Shown one piece after another: positions 9,983 through 19,463 of a stretch of 64,000 nucleotides of DNA (position 1 is the stretch's first letter; each line of letters opens with the position of its first letter). Made by a program: the position numbers and the translations under genes. The stretch lies in contig CAWBNQ010000001.1 in the NCBI GenBank assembly GCA_963790205.1, forward strand, positions 512,001 through 576,000, written 5' to 3'. Under the pieces are notes generated by a model. It was not told the origin of the DNA, searched no databases, and saw only the letters and a list, made by a program, of their open reading frames with translations. Source of the stretch: Nitrospirota bacterium (GTDB lineage: Bacteria; Nitrospirota; UBA9217).

Positions 9983-11358
9983 CACACCCGTCCAAGATAG
10001 GATTTGAGTAATTGCAGGGGAAGCCTCAATCGGATAAAGTAGGTTTGTCGAGGACCTAAATTTACCGATGGAGGACATCCCCGTGAACAAGTGTAGCAGT
10101 ATCTTCGGTCAGATTCTACAGATATTTTCGCATCAGGATTTTGTCAGGGCTGTACGAGAAACACGGGCTGAAAAAGGGGTAAAGGGATTCAGTTGCTGGG
10201 GCCAGTTTGTGGCGATGGTGTTCTGTCAGTTGGGACAAGCCCACTCGCTGCGAGAGATATGCGGCGGATTAGCGACGTGCCTGGGCAAACTCAAACACCT
10301 TGGAATTGACGCAGCACCCAAACGCTCCACCTTGGCCTATGCCAACGAACATCGGCCTTGGCAATTGTACCAGAAGGTTTTTTATCAGCTGTTGGCAAAA
10401 TGCCGGGTTCTCGCACGAGGGAAGAAGCCGTTTCGGTTCAAGAACAAGCTGTTCAGCCTCGATGCCACCCTGATTGAGCTTTGCGTCACCTTGTTTGACT
10501 GGGCAAAGTACCGCCAAACGAAAGGAGCAATCAAGCTTCACCTGTTATTGGACCACGACGGATATCTTCCGGTCTTCTGCAGTATGACCGAGGGGAACGT
10601 GCACGAAGTAAACATCGCGCATACGCTGAAGTTCCCCAAAGGCTCTATTCTGGCAATCGACCGGGGATATGTGGATTATGAACAGTTCGCACGGTGGACG
10701 GAGGCCGGCATCTTCTTCGTAACGGGAGAAAAAGACAATGCCGCTTTCAGGGTGATCGAAACAAGACCGGTTCCTGAAAACCGGAATATCATCAAAGACC
10801 AGCTCATTGAACTGACGGGCTACGAATCAATCAAGAAGTGCCCGCATACCTTGCGACGGGTAGAGGTATGGGACGAAGAAAATGAGCGAACGATTGTTCT
10901 CTGGACGAACCACCTCGCCTTCGGCGCGACGACCATAGCCAGCATTTACAAGGACCGCTGGCAGATCGAGATATTTTTCAAGACGATCAAGCAGAATCTG
11001 AAGATCAAGACGTTCGTGGGAACGAGCCAGAATGCCTTGCTGACACAGATTTGGACAGCATTAATTGCCATCCTGGTATTGAAGTGCCTGAAGTTCCGGT
11101 CAACGCTCGGGTGGTCGCTGTCGAACCTGGTTGCCATGCTTCGTTATAATCTCTTCACTTACAGAGATTTATGGATGTGGCTGGATAATCCGTTTGAAAC
11201 GCCGCCGATCGTGCCGTCTGCGGAGCAATTGGTAATGAGATATCGGTAATTGGACAGCAGAATGAGGAACCTGAATCTATGAAAAGGGATTTACCTGTCT
11301 AAAAACCTTGATTGGCAAGGGTGGGCGTTAGGGAATCAGACTATCTTGGACAGCAGTG
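9983..11358 (+). mobile_element. IS4-family element
   Basis: 18-bp IRs CACACCCGTCCAAGATAG / CTATCTTGGACAGCAGTG; 9-bp target duplication AAGAGCTCC (9974-9982, 11359-11367). Confidence 0.93.
10068..11249 (+). CDS. IS4-family transposase (DUF4372 + DDE)
   Basis: FSCWGQFVAMVFCQL..SLREI, SLDATLI, AIDRGY, YKDRWQIEIFFK. Confidence 0.93.
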   Translation: MEDIPVNKCSSIFGQILQIFSHQDFVRAVRETRAEKGVKGFSCWGQFVAMVFCQLGQAHSLREICGGLATCLGKLKHLGIDAAPKRSTLAYANEHRPWQLYQKVFYQLLAKCRVLARGKKPFRFKNKLFSLDATLIELCVTLFDWAKYRQTKGAIKLHLLLDHDGYLPVFCSMTEGNVHEVNIAHTLKFPKGSILAIDRGYVDYEQFARWTEAGIFFVTGEKDNAAFRVIETRPVPENRNIIKDQLIELTGYESIKKCPHTLRRVEVWDEENERTIVLWTNHLAFGATTIASIYKDRWQIEIFFKTIKQNLKIKTFVGTSQNALLTQIWTALIAILVLKCLKFRSTLGWSLSNLVAMLRYNLFTYRDLWMWLDNPFETPPIVPSAEQLVMRYR

Positions 11359-11867
11359 AAGAGCTCCAAAAAATCAAAAGCAAAATATTTGACTTGTCAA
11401 AACTGATTCAACTTTGCAATGAACTTAACAATGCTTCCGCTTCGAATAATCTTTACAGTGCCTCTATTCTTGTGAGGGCAATAATCGACCATGTTCCACC
11501 CATTTTTGGACTAAATAGCTTTTCACAACTTGCCAACAACTATTCCAGCGGGACAAAAAGTTTTAAAAAATCAATGCAAATTCTTAACAACTCTTTAAGA
11601 AATATTGCTGACGACCATATTCATTCGCAGGCAAGAAGTAAAGAGGTCTTGCCAACAACAACACAGATTGATTTTACACCTGAGCTTGATTTATTGTTAA
11701 GTGAAGTCATTAGGCAGCTTAAATAAAAGGCTGAGGATTACCTGAATTTAATGACGTAAAATGTAAAATAGTTGCAGGTTTATTGTTCTTTACTAGCTGT
11801 CAGTGTTTTTGGTATGATGATGTTGATTGTAATCAATAATGGACCAACCCTGAGGGTGTAATTATAG

Positions 11868-12849
11868 ATGTCAGTAAATAAGAAATACATTAAAATCAAA
11901 AAAGATATTCCACTCGTTGCAGAAGAGGAAGCTGTTTACCTGGCCCGCGTTGATGGGACATTGCAGGATGTAAAATTACGCCCTAAGTTAATTGATCTTT
12001 TTGCTGGTGCTGGCGGCATGACTCTCGGATTCACTAAGTTGACAGGTCACAGTTTCGAACCTGTATGGGCAAATGATTTTAATGATTATGCGACACAAAC
12101 TTACAATGCTAACTTCGGCGATCATTGTACTGTGGGCGATATAGTTGATATCCTCGAAAATCCCAAAAGCCGACGTAGTGATCGGTGGCCCACCATGTCA
12201 GGGGTTCAGCCTTCTCAACAAAAACCGTGAGGACGACCCTCGTAAACAGCTATGGCGCCCTTTTATGGATATCGTCGAACGGTCAGGTGCTTCCGTCTTC
12301 GTAATGGAAAACGTTCCGCAGCTTCTTGATTCATTCGAACATGGTGAAATAATCGGAATTGCTGAAGCGTTGGGTTTCAAAGTGCGCTGGACAAAGTTAT
12401 GTGCCGCTGATTACGGTGTCCCGCAAGTCAGGTGGCGTGCTTTCATCATAGGGTGCAAATTTGCAGATCCCGGAGAAGTGTTCCCGCCCAAGAAAACTAA
12501 CTTTAATATCAATAACGGGCATCGAAAAGCTTTTACAGAAGAATTTGATGTATATGTCACCAATCCTTCGCCGTGGAGAACCGTCCGCGATGCAATAGCC
12601 GATTTGCCGCCACCGCTTGAAACGGAAATCCGCAATGTCCCGCCTCCGCTGGATCTCCACTTCGGTCGCACGCCTACATCAATGAGCATGAAGAGATATC
12701 GGGCGATACCGAAAGAAGGGATGAATAGATTTGACCTCCAGAAGAAAGCGCCTCATTTGACGCCTGCATGTTGGATACGCAAAACATCCGGCGGTACCGA
12801 CCTCTTCGGAAGATTATGGTGGGATAGGCCAGCCTTTACTGAATGTTAG
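11868..12849 (+). pseudogene. C5 DNA cytosine methyltransferase, frameshifted and 3'-truncated
   Basis: Motif I (DLFAGAGG) lies in one frame; motifs IV/VI/VIII (GGPPCQGFS, ENV, PQVRWR) lie in another after ~12160. The ORF stops at RPAFTEC, before motifs IX-X. Confidence 0.85.
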
Positions 12850-12891
12850 ATAGCACTGGTGCTGATGGCTTATATACGGGAGAAAATAGCG

Positions 12892-13092
12892 ATGAAGAAA
12901 AAAACTGCAACATTGTCATTGAACTCCGGACTGTCTGTCGAGATACCATTGGCCGTTGATGGCAGTAGAGAAGTCGCTCTGCTTTATATTGACAATGTTC
13001 CATATCATTTCGAGCGGCTTAAGAAGACCGACTTTGTGCGGCAATATCATGTTGATGCCGACCCAAGTTTTAAACCTTCAAGTGATTCAAAA
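12892..13092 (+). pseudogene. Small hypothetical gene interrupted by IS1595
   Basis: RBS GGAG + MKKKTATL...; the frame runs into the IS1595 terminal IR. Confidence 0.4.
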
Positions 13093-13105
13093 GGGAATTA
13101 TATAG

Positions 13106-13222
13106 TTAACTCCCTGTAGATTTTTTGCGGCGCTTTTTCAGCTTCTTTTTTGTGATCGGCTTAGGACGATATGACAGAACGACATCAACAATTTTATCGA
13201 GGATCGGCGGCACCTTTTTCAT
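13106..13222 (-). CDS. 38-aa basic peptide coupled to the transposase stop
   Basis: ATGA overlap; MKKVPPILDKIVDVVLSYRPKPITKKKLKKRRKKSTGS; ends inside the IR. Below the ORF-track cutoff. Confidence 0.5.
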   Translation of the reverse strand: MKKVPPILDKIVDVVLSYRPKPITKKKLKKRRKKSTGS

Positions 13223-14139
13223 TTGGTCAACTCCGCATAGGTGATCCGTTTTTTCGCAGTCGCAGCGATAAAGCTGTTGAGACGATCAAGCGTGTGTATT
13301 TTTACATCGCCGTCATTCAGGCGAAACGAAAACTCGTTGACGTAGCGGGCCAGGTGCTTTGTGCTCACCTGATGATACACGCCATACACGCCGCGCTTGA
13401 GAACAGCCCAAACGCTCTCAATGCTATTGGTATTAACGCCGTCGCGGGAGTATTCCCCGGCACTGTGGTTCACGGTGTCGTGTTTGAAAAACAATCCTTC
13501 AAGCCCATCATAAGCGCGAGCTTCATCGGTGTGCAATATGGTCCCCTCTTTAACCCGGTCGTAAATCGTATTATGCAAATTCTCGGCATTGACATCATCG
13601 ACGGGCATAGCCACAGTGCGCCCGCCGCGCTGTCTCAGACCGAGCACGGCGCTCTTGCCAACAGCACCGCGCCCAGCCTTGAGTTTTTTTCTCTCGTGCT
13701 TATTCCCCTCTTTGCCGCCGATGTACGTTTCATCGACTTCAACGATACCGCTCAGAATCGTGAGGTCATCCCCGCACGCTTCGCGGAGACGATGCAGGAC
13801 AAACCACGCGGATTTCTGCGTAATACCGATTTCTTTGGAGAGTTGCAGGGACGAAATCCCCTTGCGGGCGGTAACGAGCAGATACATGGCGTACAGCCAT
13901 TTATGCAGAGGGACATGCGAGCGCTCGAATATCGTTCCAGTGCGGACGGTAAAATCCTCGCGGCACTGGTTGCAGCGATAGTACCCGTTTTTACGCGCCG
14001 TAACATGCTCAGCCATGCCGCAATGCGGGCAGCGGACACCATTCGGCCACAGGCGCGATTCGAGGTATTTGCGGGCGCTTTCCTTATCGGGGAACATCTG
14101 AAACAACTGAAACGTGCTGATGGTGATATTGTCACTCAT
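13219..14139 (-). CDS. IS1595-family transposase
   Basis: Zn ribbon CPHCG..YRCNQC, VEVDETYIGG, LHTDE, NTNSIESVW, YVNEFSFR. Confidence 0.95.
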   Translation of the reverse strand: MSDNITISTFQLFQMFPDKESARKYLESRLWPNGVRCPHCGMAEHVTARKNGYYRCNQCREDFTVRTGTIFERSHVPLHKWLYAMYLLVTARKGISSLQLSKEIGITQKSAWFVLHRLREACGDDLTILSGIVEVDETYIGGKEGNKHERKKLKAGRGAVGKSAVLGLRQRGGRTVAMPVDDVNAENLHNTIYDRVKEGTILHTDEARAYDGLEGLFFKHDTVNHSAGEYSRDGVNTNSIESVWAVLKRGVYGVYHQVSTKHLARYVNEFSFRLNDGDVKIHTLDRLNSFIAATAKKRITYAELTK

Positions 14140-14524
14140 TGGATTTCTCCGTTTTACGAGGACGGCCACCGAGCCGCCCATTCTCCGCAGATGAGCGTGA
14201 TTTTTTCGGAGAGGTTGACGAACCGCCGCGTTTCCCGATCTCTGACATATACTGCCGACCTGCGAGGGTTTTCATTGCCTGTTGAACATTCTGCCCGTCG
14301 AACCCGGCGCGATACCCGAGGCCGCGCATTTTGCGGGATATATCCTCATCCGTATGCAGGGACAGCCAGAGTTTATGTTCCGCAGCGGTTCCAAATTTTT
14401 CGCCGTGATAGTTCCGACGTATACCGCGCTGATAGCCCGTCCAAAATTCCTGTTCATCGGGATCAGAGGAGAGACGGCGGAACGTGTCCGCCGCCGTCAT
14501 ATTCGATTGAAATCCGGCGCTCAT
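14132..14524 (-). CDS. Passenger hypothetical protein with KGG-like basic tail
   Basis: MSEIGKRGG...ENGRLGGRPRK; overlaps the transposase start. Confidence 0.65.
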   Translation of the reverse strand: MSAGFQSNMTAADTFRRLSSDPDEQEFWTGYQRGIRRNYHGEKFGTAAEHKLWLSLHTDEDISRKMRGLGYRAGFDGQNVQQAMKTLAGRQYMSEIGKRGGSSTSPKKSRSSAENGRLGGRPRKTEKSNE

Positions 14525-14862
14525 TACAGCACCTCCGAAATAGCAGCGCGGTCAAACGTCGGGCCATAGGATCCGATCCCGCCGATAACGTTGCGGGCAT
14601 GGGGGCGATGGGTGTCATGAGATGTCGCAACGGTGCGAGTATTTTCCCAGAACCATTCGCGGAACAGCAGGTTTCCATTTTCATCGGTAATGTCATCCAG
14701 TGTTCTAACCTGTTCGACCAGCTCAAACGTATAGCCATAGGAATTTCCACCGCTGACATCAACCAATTTATAGCGCCTATTCCCATTGTCGATCATCGTA
14801 TTTGCAATGATCATTTTTACCTGGGGAATCGTGAACATCTCCATGCTGTCATAATTTCTCAT
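14524..14862 (-). CDS. Passenger hypothetical protein
   Basis: RBS GGAG; TAATG coupling to the next gene. Confidence 0.55.
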   Translation of the reverse strand: MRNYDSMEMFTIPQVKMIIANTMIDNGNRRYKLVDVSGGNSYGYTFELVEQVRTLDDITDENGNLLFREWFWENTRTVATSHDTHRPHARNVIGGIGSYGPTFDRAAISEVL

Positions 14863-14910
14863 TTGCCGTCTCCGCTCTCCGCGTGTAGGATGCGCGGCCC
14901 CCGAGAAAAT

Positions 14911-15258
14911 TTAGTTGCTCATCCTGTCGTAGCAGTCCGGGCAGGAGTTGCCCATGCTGGCCGACATTACCAAACCCTGCGGAACGCTATGTCCGCAGGA
15001 GCATTTAATCATGGGAATTTCAACGGCAGCGGCAACCACCGGGACAGCCTGAGTGTGTTTGAACGCAGTACGAATGGCCTGATAGGCATCCCATTCTCCG
15101 GGAGCAGGGCTGTAGTATTCCGCAGCATAGGGGTGAACCTCGGTCGCCGCCTGCTCCGCCGTCATAGTTCCGTTTTGTACGTTTTTGATGAGTTCATTGA
15201 TTACTATCATATTCTCCTCCTGTGCGGGTTGGCCGCTGTTTCGTTCTATCTGAAACAA
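14911..15258 (-). CDS. Passenger hypothetical protein with C-terminal Zn finger (true start may be downstream)
   Basis: CSCGH...CPDC; an AGGAGGAG RBS precedes the internal MIVINE. Confidence 0.6.
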   Translation of the reverse strand: MFQIERNSGQPAQEENMIVINELIKNVQNGTMTAEQAATEVHPYAAEYYSPAPGEWDAYQAIRTAFKHTQAVPVVAAAVEIPMIKCSCGHSVPQGLVMSASMGNSCPDCYDRMSN

Positions 15259-15572
15259 TTATACCAAACCCGGTTAGGTTTGTCAAGGGAAAAATGAAAA
15301 TATTTTCAGTCGTAAAATCAGCTATTTAGGAGCGTAGGGAGTGAAGTATATAATTCCCAAAAATAATATCGTTTGCGAATACGAAAGGTGAAACGGTCAG
15401 GAAAAATGTCGGGGGGTCCATTCTGCACATCTTCAATCATCAAACCCATCACAGGGGCATGATCTCTCTTTATCTGGATATGATGGGGATCAACAATGAT
15501 TTTAGCGGCCTGTTAGCGATGGTTTAAAATAGCGTCGGTAACGACCCTTTCAAATTCCAAGGAGGATAAATT

Positions 15573-16052
15573 ATGGATCCCGTTGTTCACTTCGAGATGC
15601 CGTACGACGATCGGGAGCGCATGGCGAAGTTCTATAGATCGGCCTTCGGCTGGAAGACGCAAATGCTCGGCGAGGAGATGGGTAATTATGTGACTGCAGC
15701 AACCACGGAAACCGGCGAGAAGGGCCCCAAAAAGCCCGGAAGGATCAACGGCGGCTTTTACCCCAGAAAACCCGATTGGCCCGCCCAATATCCGTCCGTC
15801 GTTATCGCAGTCGACGATATAAAGAGATCAATGAAGAAAGTGAACGACGCGGGGGGTAAAGTGTTGGGCGAGCCCATGGAGATTCCCAGCGTGGGCCACT
15901 ATGTATCGTTCATCGACCCCGAGGGCAACCGCGTGAGCATGCTTCAGCCCATTCCCTACAACTGGCATGCGCCGAAGAAACGAAAAGCGGCCAAGCTCAA
16001 ATCCAGGGCGAAGGTCAAACCAAAGGCGCGATCGAGGCGAAAGGCCGACTAA
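15573..16052 (+). CDS. VOC/glyoxalase family protein with Lys/Arg-rich tail
   Basis: VVHFEMP...FGW...INGGF...DPEGNRVSMLQ. Confidence 0.9.
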   Translation: MDPVVHFEMPYDDRERMAKFYRSAFGWKTQMLGEEMGNYVTAATTETGEKGPKKPGRINGGFYPRKPDWPAQYPSVVIAVDDIKRSMKKVNDAGGKVLGEPMEIPSVGHYVSFIDPEGNRVSMLQPIPYNWHAPKKRKAAKLKSRAKVKPKARSRRKAD

Positions 16053-16078
16053 TCGTTCCAGGCCGATCAGGAGCTACC

Positions 16079-16828
16079 ATGAAACTATCAGGCAGAACCG
16101 TTCTCGTGACCGGAGGGAGCAGCGGTATCGGCCTCGGCATTGCCGAGGCGTTTCACAAGCGGGGAAGCAGGGTCATCGTCTGCGGACGCGACAGGGGAAG
16201 GCTGTCGGCAATGGAAGAAAAGTTCCCCGGGATCACGGCACTGCCCTGCGATGTCGGGGACGGCCTGCAAAGGAAGAATCTCGCAACGGAAGTCATGCGC
16301 CGTTTCCCCGACCTCGACATCCTGGTCAACAACGCGGGCATCCAGCGATATGTCGATCTGAAGAAAGGGTATGAAGAACTGAAGTCAGGGGGAGACGAGA
16401 TCGCGATCAATTTCGTTTCCGTGGTGGAGCTGACGGCCCTCTTCATCGGCCACCTGATGAAAAGGCCTTCGGCCGCAATCATCAATGTGAGCTCGGGGCT
16501 CGGGTTCATGCCGATGCAGAGCACGCCCATCTACAGCGCGACAAAGGCCGCTATCCACACCTACACCCTCGTTTTGCGGCAGCAGCTCAGGGACACCTCC
16601 GTCAAGGTCATCGAAATCGTTCCGATCATGGTCGACACCGGCCTGAACAGGGAGGGACGCGACGCTGCCCATCTCAAGTACCGAGGGGTCAGACTCTCGG
16701 AATACATCCCGACCGTCATCAGCGGACTGGAAAACGATGACGAGATGATATTCCATGAAGATGGAGCGAAAGTACTTTCCGAACCGCGCGCTGTGTCGGA
16801 GAACCGTCTGCTGAAGTCGGCCTGGTGA
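16079..16828 (+). CDS. Short-chain dehydrogenase (DltE-like)
   Basis: TGGSSGIG, NNAG, YSATK. Confidence 0.92.
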   Translation: MKLSGRTVLVTGGSSGIGLGIAEAFHKRGSRVIVCGRDRGRLSAMEEKFPGITALPCDVGDGLQRKNLATEVMRRFPDLDILVNNAGIQRYVDLKKGYEELKSGGDEIAINFVSVVELTALFIGHLMKRPSAAIINVSSGLGFMPMQSTPIYSATKAAIHTYTLVLRQQLRDTSVKVIEIVPIMVDTGLNREGRDAAHLKYRGVRLSEYIPTVISGLENDDEMIFHEDGAKVLSEPRAVSENRLLKSAW

Positions 16829-16850
16829 ACTCCCAGACCCGGAGGAATGT

Positions 16851-17492
16851 ATGAACAAGAGCCCGAAGAGAGATCTTAAACCCATCGCACTTCCTGAACC
16901 GGTCTTTGACCGCTGCCTGACTGTCTTCGAAGCACTGAAGCACAGAAGGACTTCCCGCGCCATCGGCGGGCAGAAGATCTCTTTGCAGATTCTGTCGGAC
17001 ATCCTCTGGGCGGCACAGGGCATCAACCGCGTGAAGGGACCTTTCGGAGGCCCGGGAAGGACTGCGGGATCGGCCAGCAATTCACAGGAGATCTGCATCT
17101 ATGTCGCCATGGAGGAAGGGACGTATCTGTATGAACCGGAGTCTCTTCGGCTTGCTCCGGTTGCCTCCGGGGACAGCCGCGCTCTGGCGATCGGGCAGGG
17201 GCAGGGAAAGGCCGGGGCAAACGCTCCCGTCCGCCTCGTCTACGTCGTCGATATCGACAAATTCAAGACAGCGGGTTTCGACGAGCCGGGGCTCCACGAT
17301 CCGGAGGTCCAGAAGTCATACTACTTCGTCGACACCGGCCTCATCGCGCAGAACGTGTATCTTGCGTCTGCTGCGCTCGGACTGGCTTCGTGGTTTCACA
17401 ATTGCGACAAGGCTGCATTCGCGAAAGAGATCAAGCTGAAACCCAATCAGCGCCCGCTTTTCGGACAGACGATCGGGTATGCCGAGGACTAG
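16851..17492 (+). CDS. Nitroreductase / SagB-type dehydrogenase family
   Basis: RRTSR, LSDILWAAQG, RTAGSASN, DTGLIAQNVYL. Confidence 0.85.
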   Translation: MNKSPKRDLKPIALPEPVFDRCLTVFEALKHRRTSRAIGGQKISLQILSDILWAAQGINRVKGPFGGPGRTAGSASNSQEICIYVAMEEGTYLYEPESLRLAPVASGDSRALAIGQGQGKAGANAPVRLVYVVDIDKFKTAGFDEPGLHDPEVQKSYYFVDTGLIAQNVYLASAALGLASWFHNCDKAAFAKEIKLKPNQRPLFGQTIGYAED

Positions 17493-17712
17493 ATTTCCCG
17501 CATTTGACATCGTCCTGAATTAGGCTATATTCGGAAGAAATGAGGCCGGCTGAGCGTTCGGACAGATTCACATTCGGAAACTATATGACGCAAATAGTAC
17601 AGTTGATAATTCTCACAGCTACACCGATTTTACTGATGCTTTGCGAAATCACGAAGCAGCATCCCAACTGCGCTATAATAAAACCATCCCAAACAACAAG
17701 GAGGCATTGGCC

Positions 17713-18117
17713 ATGACAAAAGCGAAAAGAGTAAAACAGCTCAGTTTCATGATGCCGGACAGGGCGGGCCTGCTTTCGGAGGTTACGACCGTTCTCGGGG
17801 CCTCGAGGGTCAATATCAACGCGATCTGCGCCTACGGCATGCAGAACGAGGCGACGTTCATGCTGACCGCGGACAGCATTGCAAAGGCGAAAAAGGCGCT
17901 TGCGCCGCTGGGTGTCGTCGAGCTCAAGGAGGAAGATGTATTTGCGGTGGAAATGACGAACAAGCCCGGAGAATTGCAGAAGGTGGCAAAAAAGATCGCG
18001 GACGCGGGGATCAATATCATATATATGTATGGGACCACGACCGCGGGCAGGTCGGCGACCTGTGTCTTCGCAACCTCGGATGACGCACAGGCGATCAAGC
18101 TGATCAACAAAAAATAA
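17713..18117 (+). CDS. Tandem ACT-domain protein
   Basis: DRAGLLSEV...VNINA; NKPGELQKV...GINI. Confidence 0.88.
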   Translation: MTKAKRVKQLSFMMPDRAGLLSEVTTVLGASRVNINAICAYGMQNEATFMLTADSIAKAKKALAPLGVVELKEEDVFAVEMTNKPGELQKVAKKIADAGINIIYMYGTTTAGRSATCVFATSDDAQAIKLINKK

Positions 18118-18201
18118 ATCCCAAAGGGATTTGTCTTGACAATGCAACATTGTGCCTTTATAGTTTTTTGAGACTATACCACCGCGTGAGGAGAAAACCG
18201 T

Positions 18202-18999
18202 GTGACGACCCCCCTCGCTGAAGCGACTGTTCTACAAGCGTGCCGTACCCTGTTCGGACCGGGACCCGATATCAGCAGGGAGTTCCTGCATTATATTCAG
18301 CCGGAGGGGGCCAAATCCGCTTACCGCAGAAAAGCCAAGGAAACCCACCCTGATTTCTATTACACCGAGGACAGCCGCATTCAGCAACAACAGACAGAGC
18401 TTTTTCGGAACATTCTCAACGCCTACGATATCATCAACCTTTTTTTCAAAGAGCGTGAAGAAGGCCTGTGGACCGCCTCCTTTGATGCCGATCCCCGGCC
18501 GGACCGTAAAGAAGCGCATCAAGCCTCGTCACCACGGTCCCGATCAGCAAGACGGCAAAGCGGCAATGATCATTACCGAGGGCCGGTCCCGTTTCGCGTT
18601 CTCGTGTTCGGACGTTATCTTTATTACACCGGAACTATTTCCTATCGGGCGCTCATCGAGGCGCTCACGTGGCAGCGGAGGCAGCGCCCCATCATAGGCA
18701 ACGTGGCGCTGCGGTGGGGCTGGCTGGCCGAACCATCGATCGAACGGATCACGGCGGCCGGCAACGCACCGGGCCGCTTTGGAGAAAAAGCCGTCCGCCT
18801 GGGGCTGCTCTCCGACTTTCAGGTAAGAACACTTCTCACCTATCAGCGCTCGCAGCAGGAGCGGCTCGGAAAATATTTTATCATGAAAAAGATCCTGACT
18901 TCGGACCAGCTTGATCGCTTCGTCCAAAAGCTGCACGAGCACAACAGGCGGGTATTGGCATCTAAAAAGGCGTCAAGCAGTGAGAACGTTTTTGCATGA
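18202..18999 (+). CDS. J-domain protein with MshEN-like repeats
   Basis: KSAYRRKAKETHPD; C-terminal repeats such as RFGEKAVRLGLLSDFQVRTLLTYQ. Confidence 0.8.
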   Translation: MTTPLAEATVLQACRTLFGPGPDISREFLHYIQPEGAKSAYRRKAKETHPDFYYTEDSRIQQQQTELFRNILNAYDIINLFFKEREEGLWTASFDADPRPDRKEAHQASSPRSRSARRQSGNDHYRGPVPFRVLVFGRYLYYTGTISYRALIEALTWQRRQRPIIGNVALRWGWLAEPSIERITAAGNAPGRFGEKAVRLGLLSDFQVRTLLTYQRSQQERLGKYFIMKKILTSDQLDRFVQKLHEHNRRVLASKKASSSENVFA

Positions 19000-19035
19000 T
19001 ATCCGGCGGTAGAATTCTAATCAGGGGAGAATTAC

Positions 19036-19209
19036 ATGAAGAAAAATATCTGCAAAGGGGACCATCCGTGCCATCTCTGCATGCTGGCGAGCAAGGACCT
19101 GTTCGATGAGATCAAGAAGCTTACCAAGAATCCCAAACATATTTGCTTCAACTGCGGCCGTGTCGCGGACTCGGGAAAAAATCTGTGCAACCCCATGCCG
19201 CTCGATTAA
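19036..19209 (+). CDS. 57-aa Cys/His-rich putative metal-binding protein
   Basis: RBS AGGGGAG; MKKNICKGDHPCHLCML...HICFNCGRVA...LCNPMPLD. Not in the ORF track. Confidence 0.8.
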   Translation: MKKNICKGDHPCHLCMLASKDLFDEIKKLTKNPKHICFNCGRVADSGKNLCNPMPLD

Positions 19210-19463
19210 TGCAAACGCAATAATACTTGCTGAAGCTTCGAAACGTCCTCACCTCGCCCCGGGGGGCTGTATCCGACGCCCCCATTGCCCGTTCGCCTTT
19301 GAATTCTGAAAACCCGACACGACCGCAAATTTATTCACTAAAAGTATTACACTTTTTGAAAGCAAAATTGTCTAATAATTAAACGCTCGCTCTATTTTAA
19401 GCTATATTAAAAACAAGGAACTTCGATAATTACCGAGAAGGCCTTTTCTGAGAAGGTGTCGAT

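Larger units (their letters stand above)
9085..11726 (+). pseudogene. Putative defence protein with HEPN-like C-terminus, split by IS4
   Basis: Removing the IS and one target-site copy joins 9085-9982 to 11368-11726 in frame (418 aa; ...RRIKEL|QKIKSK...). The C-terminus has ILVRAIIDHVPPIFG and RNIADDH(IH). AT-rich. Confidence 0.75.
13093..15358 (-). mobile_element. IS1595-family element carrying passenger genes
   Basis: 23-bp terminal IRs GGGAATTATATAGTTAACTCCCT / AGGGAGTGAAGTATATAATTCCC (21/23) enclose the transposase and four small ORFs. Confidence 0.88.

Noticed and set aside
13171..15297. 708-aa plus-strand ORF across the IS1595 element
   Set aside because: Antisense shadow, codon-registered with the transposase and two cargo genes; no recognisable motifs.
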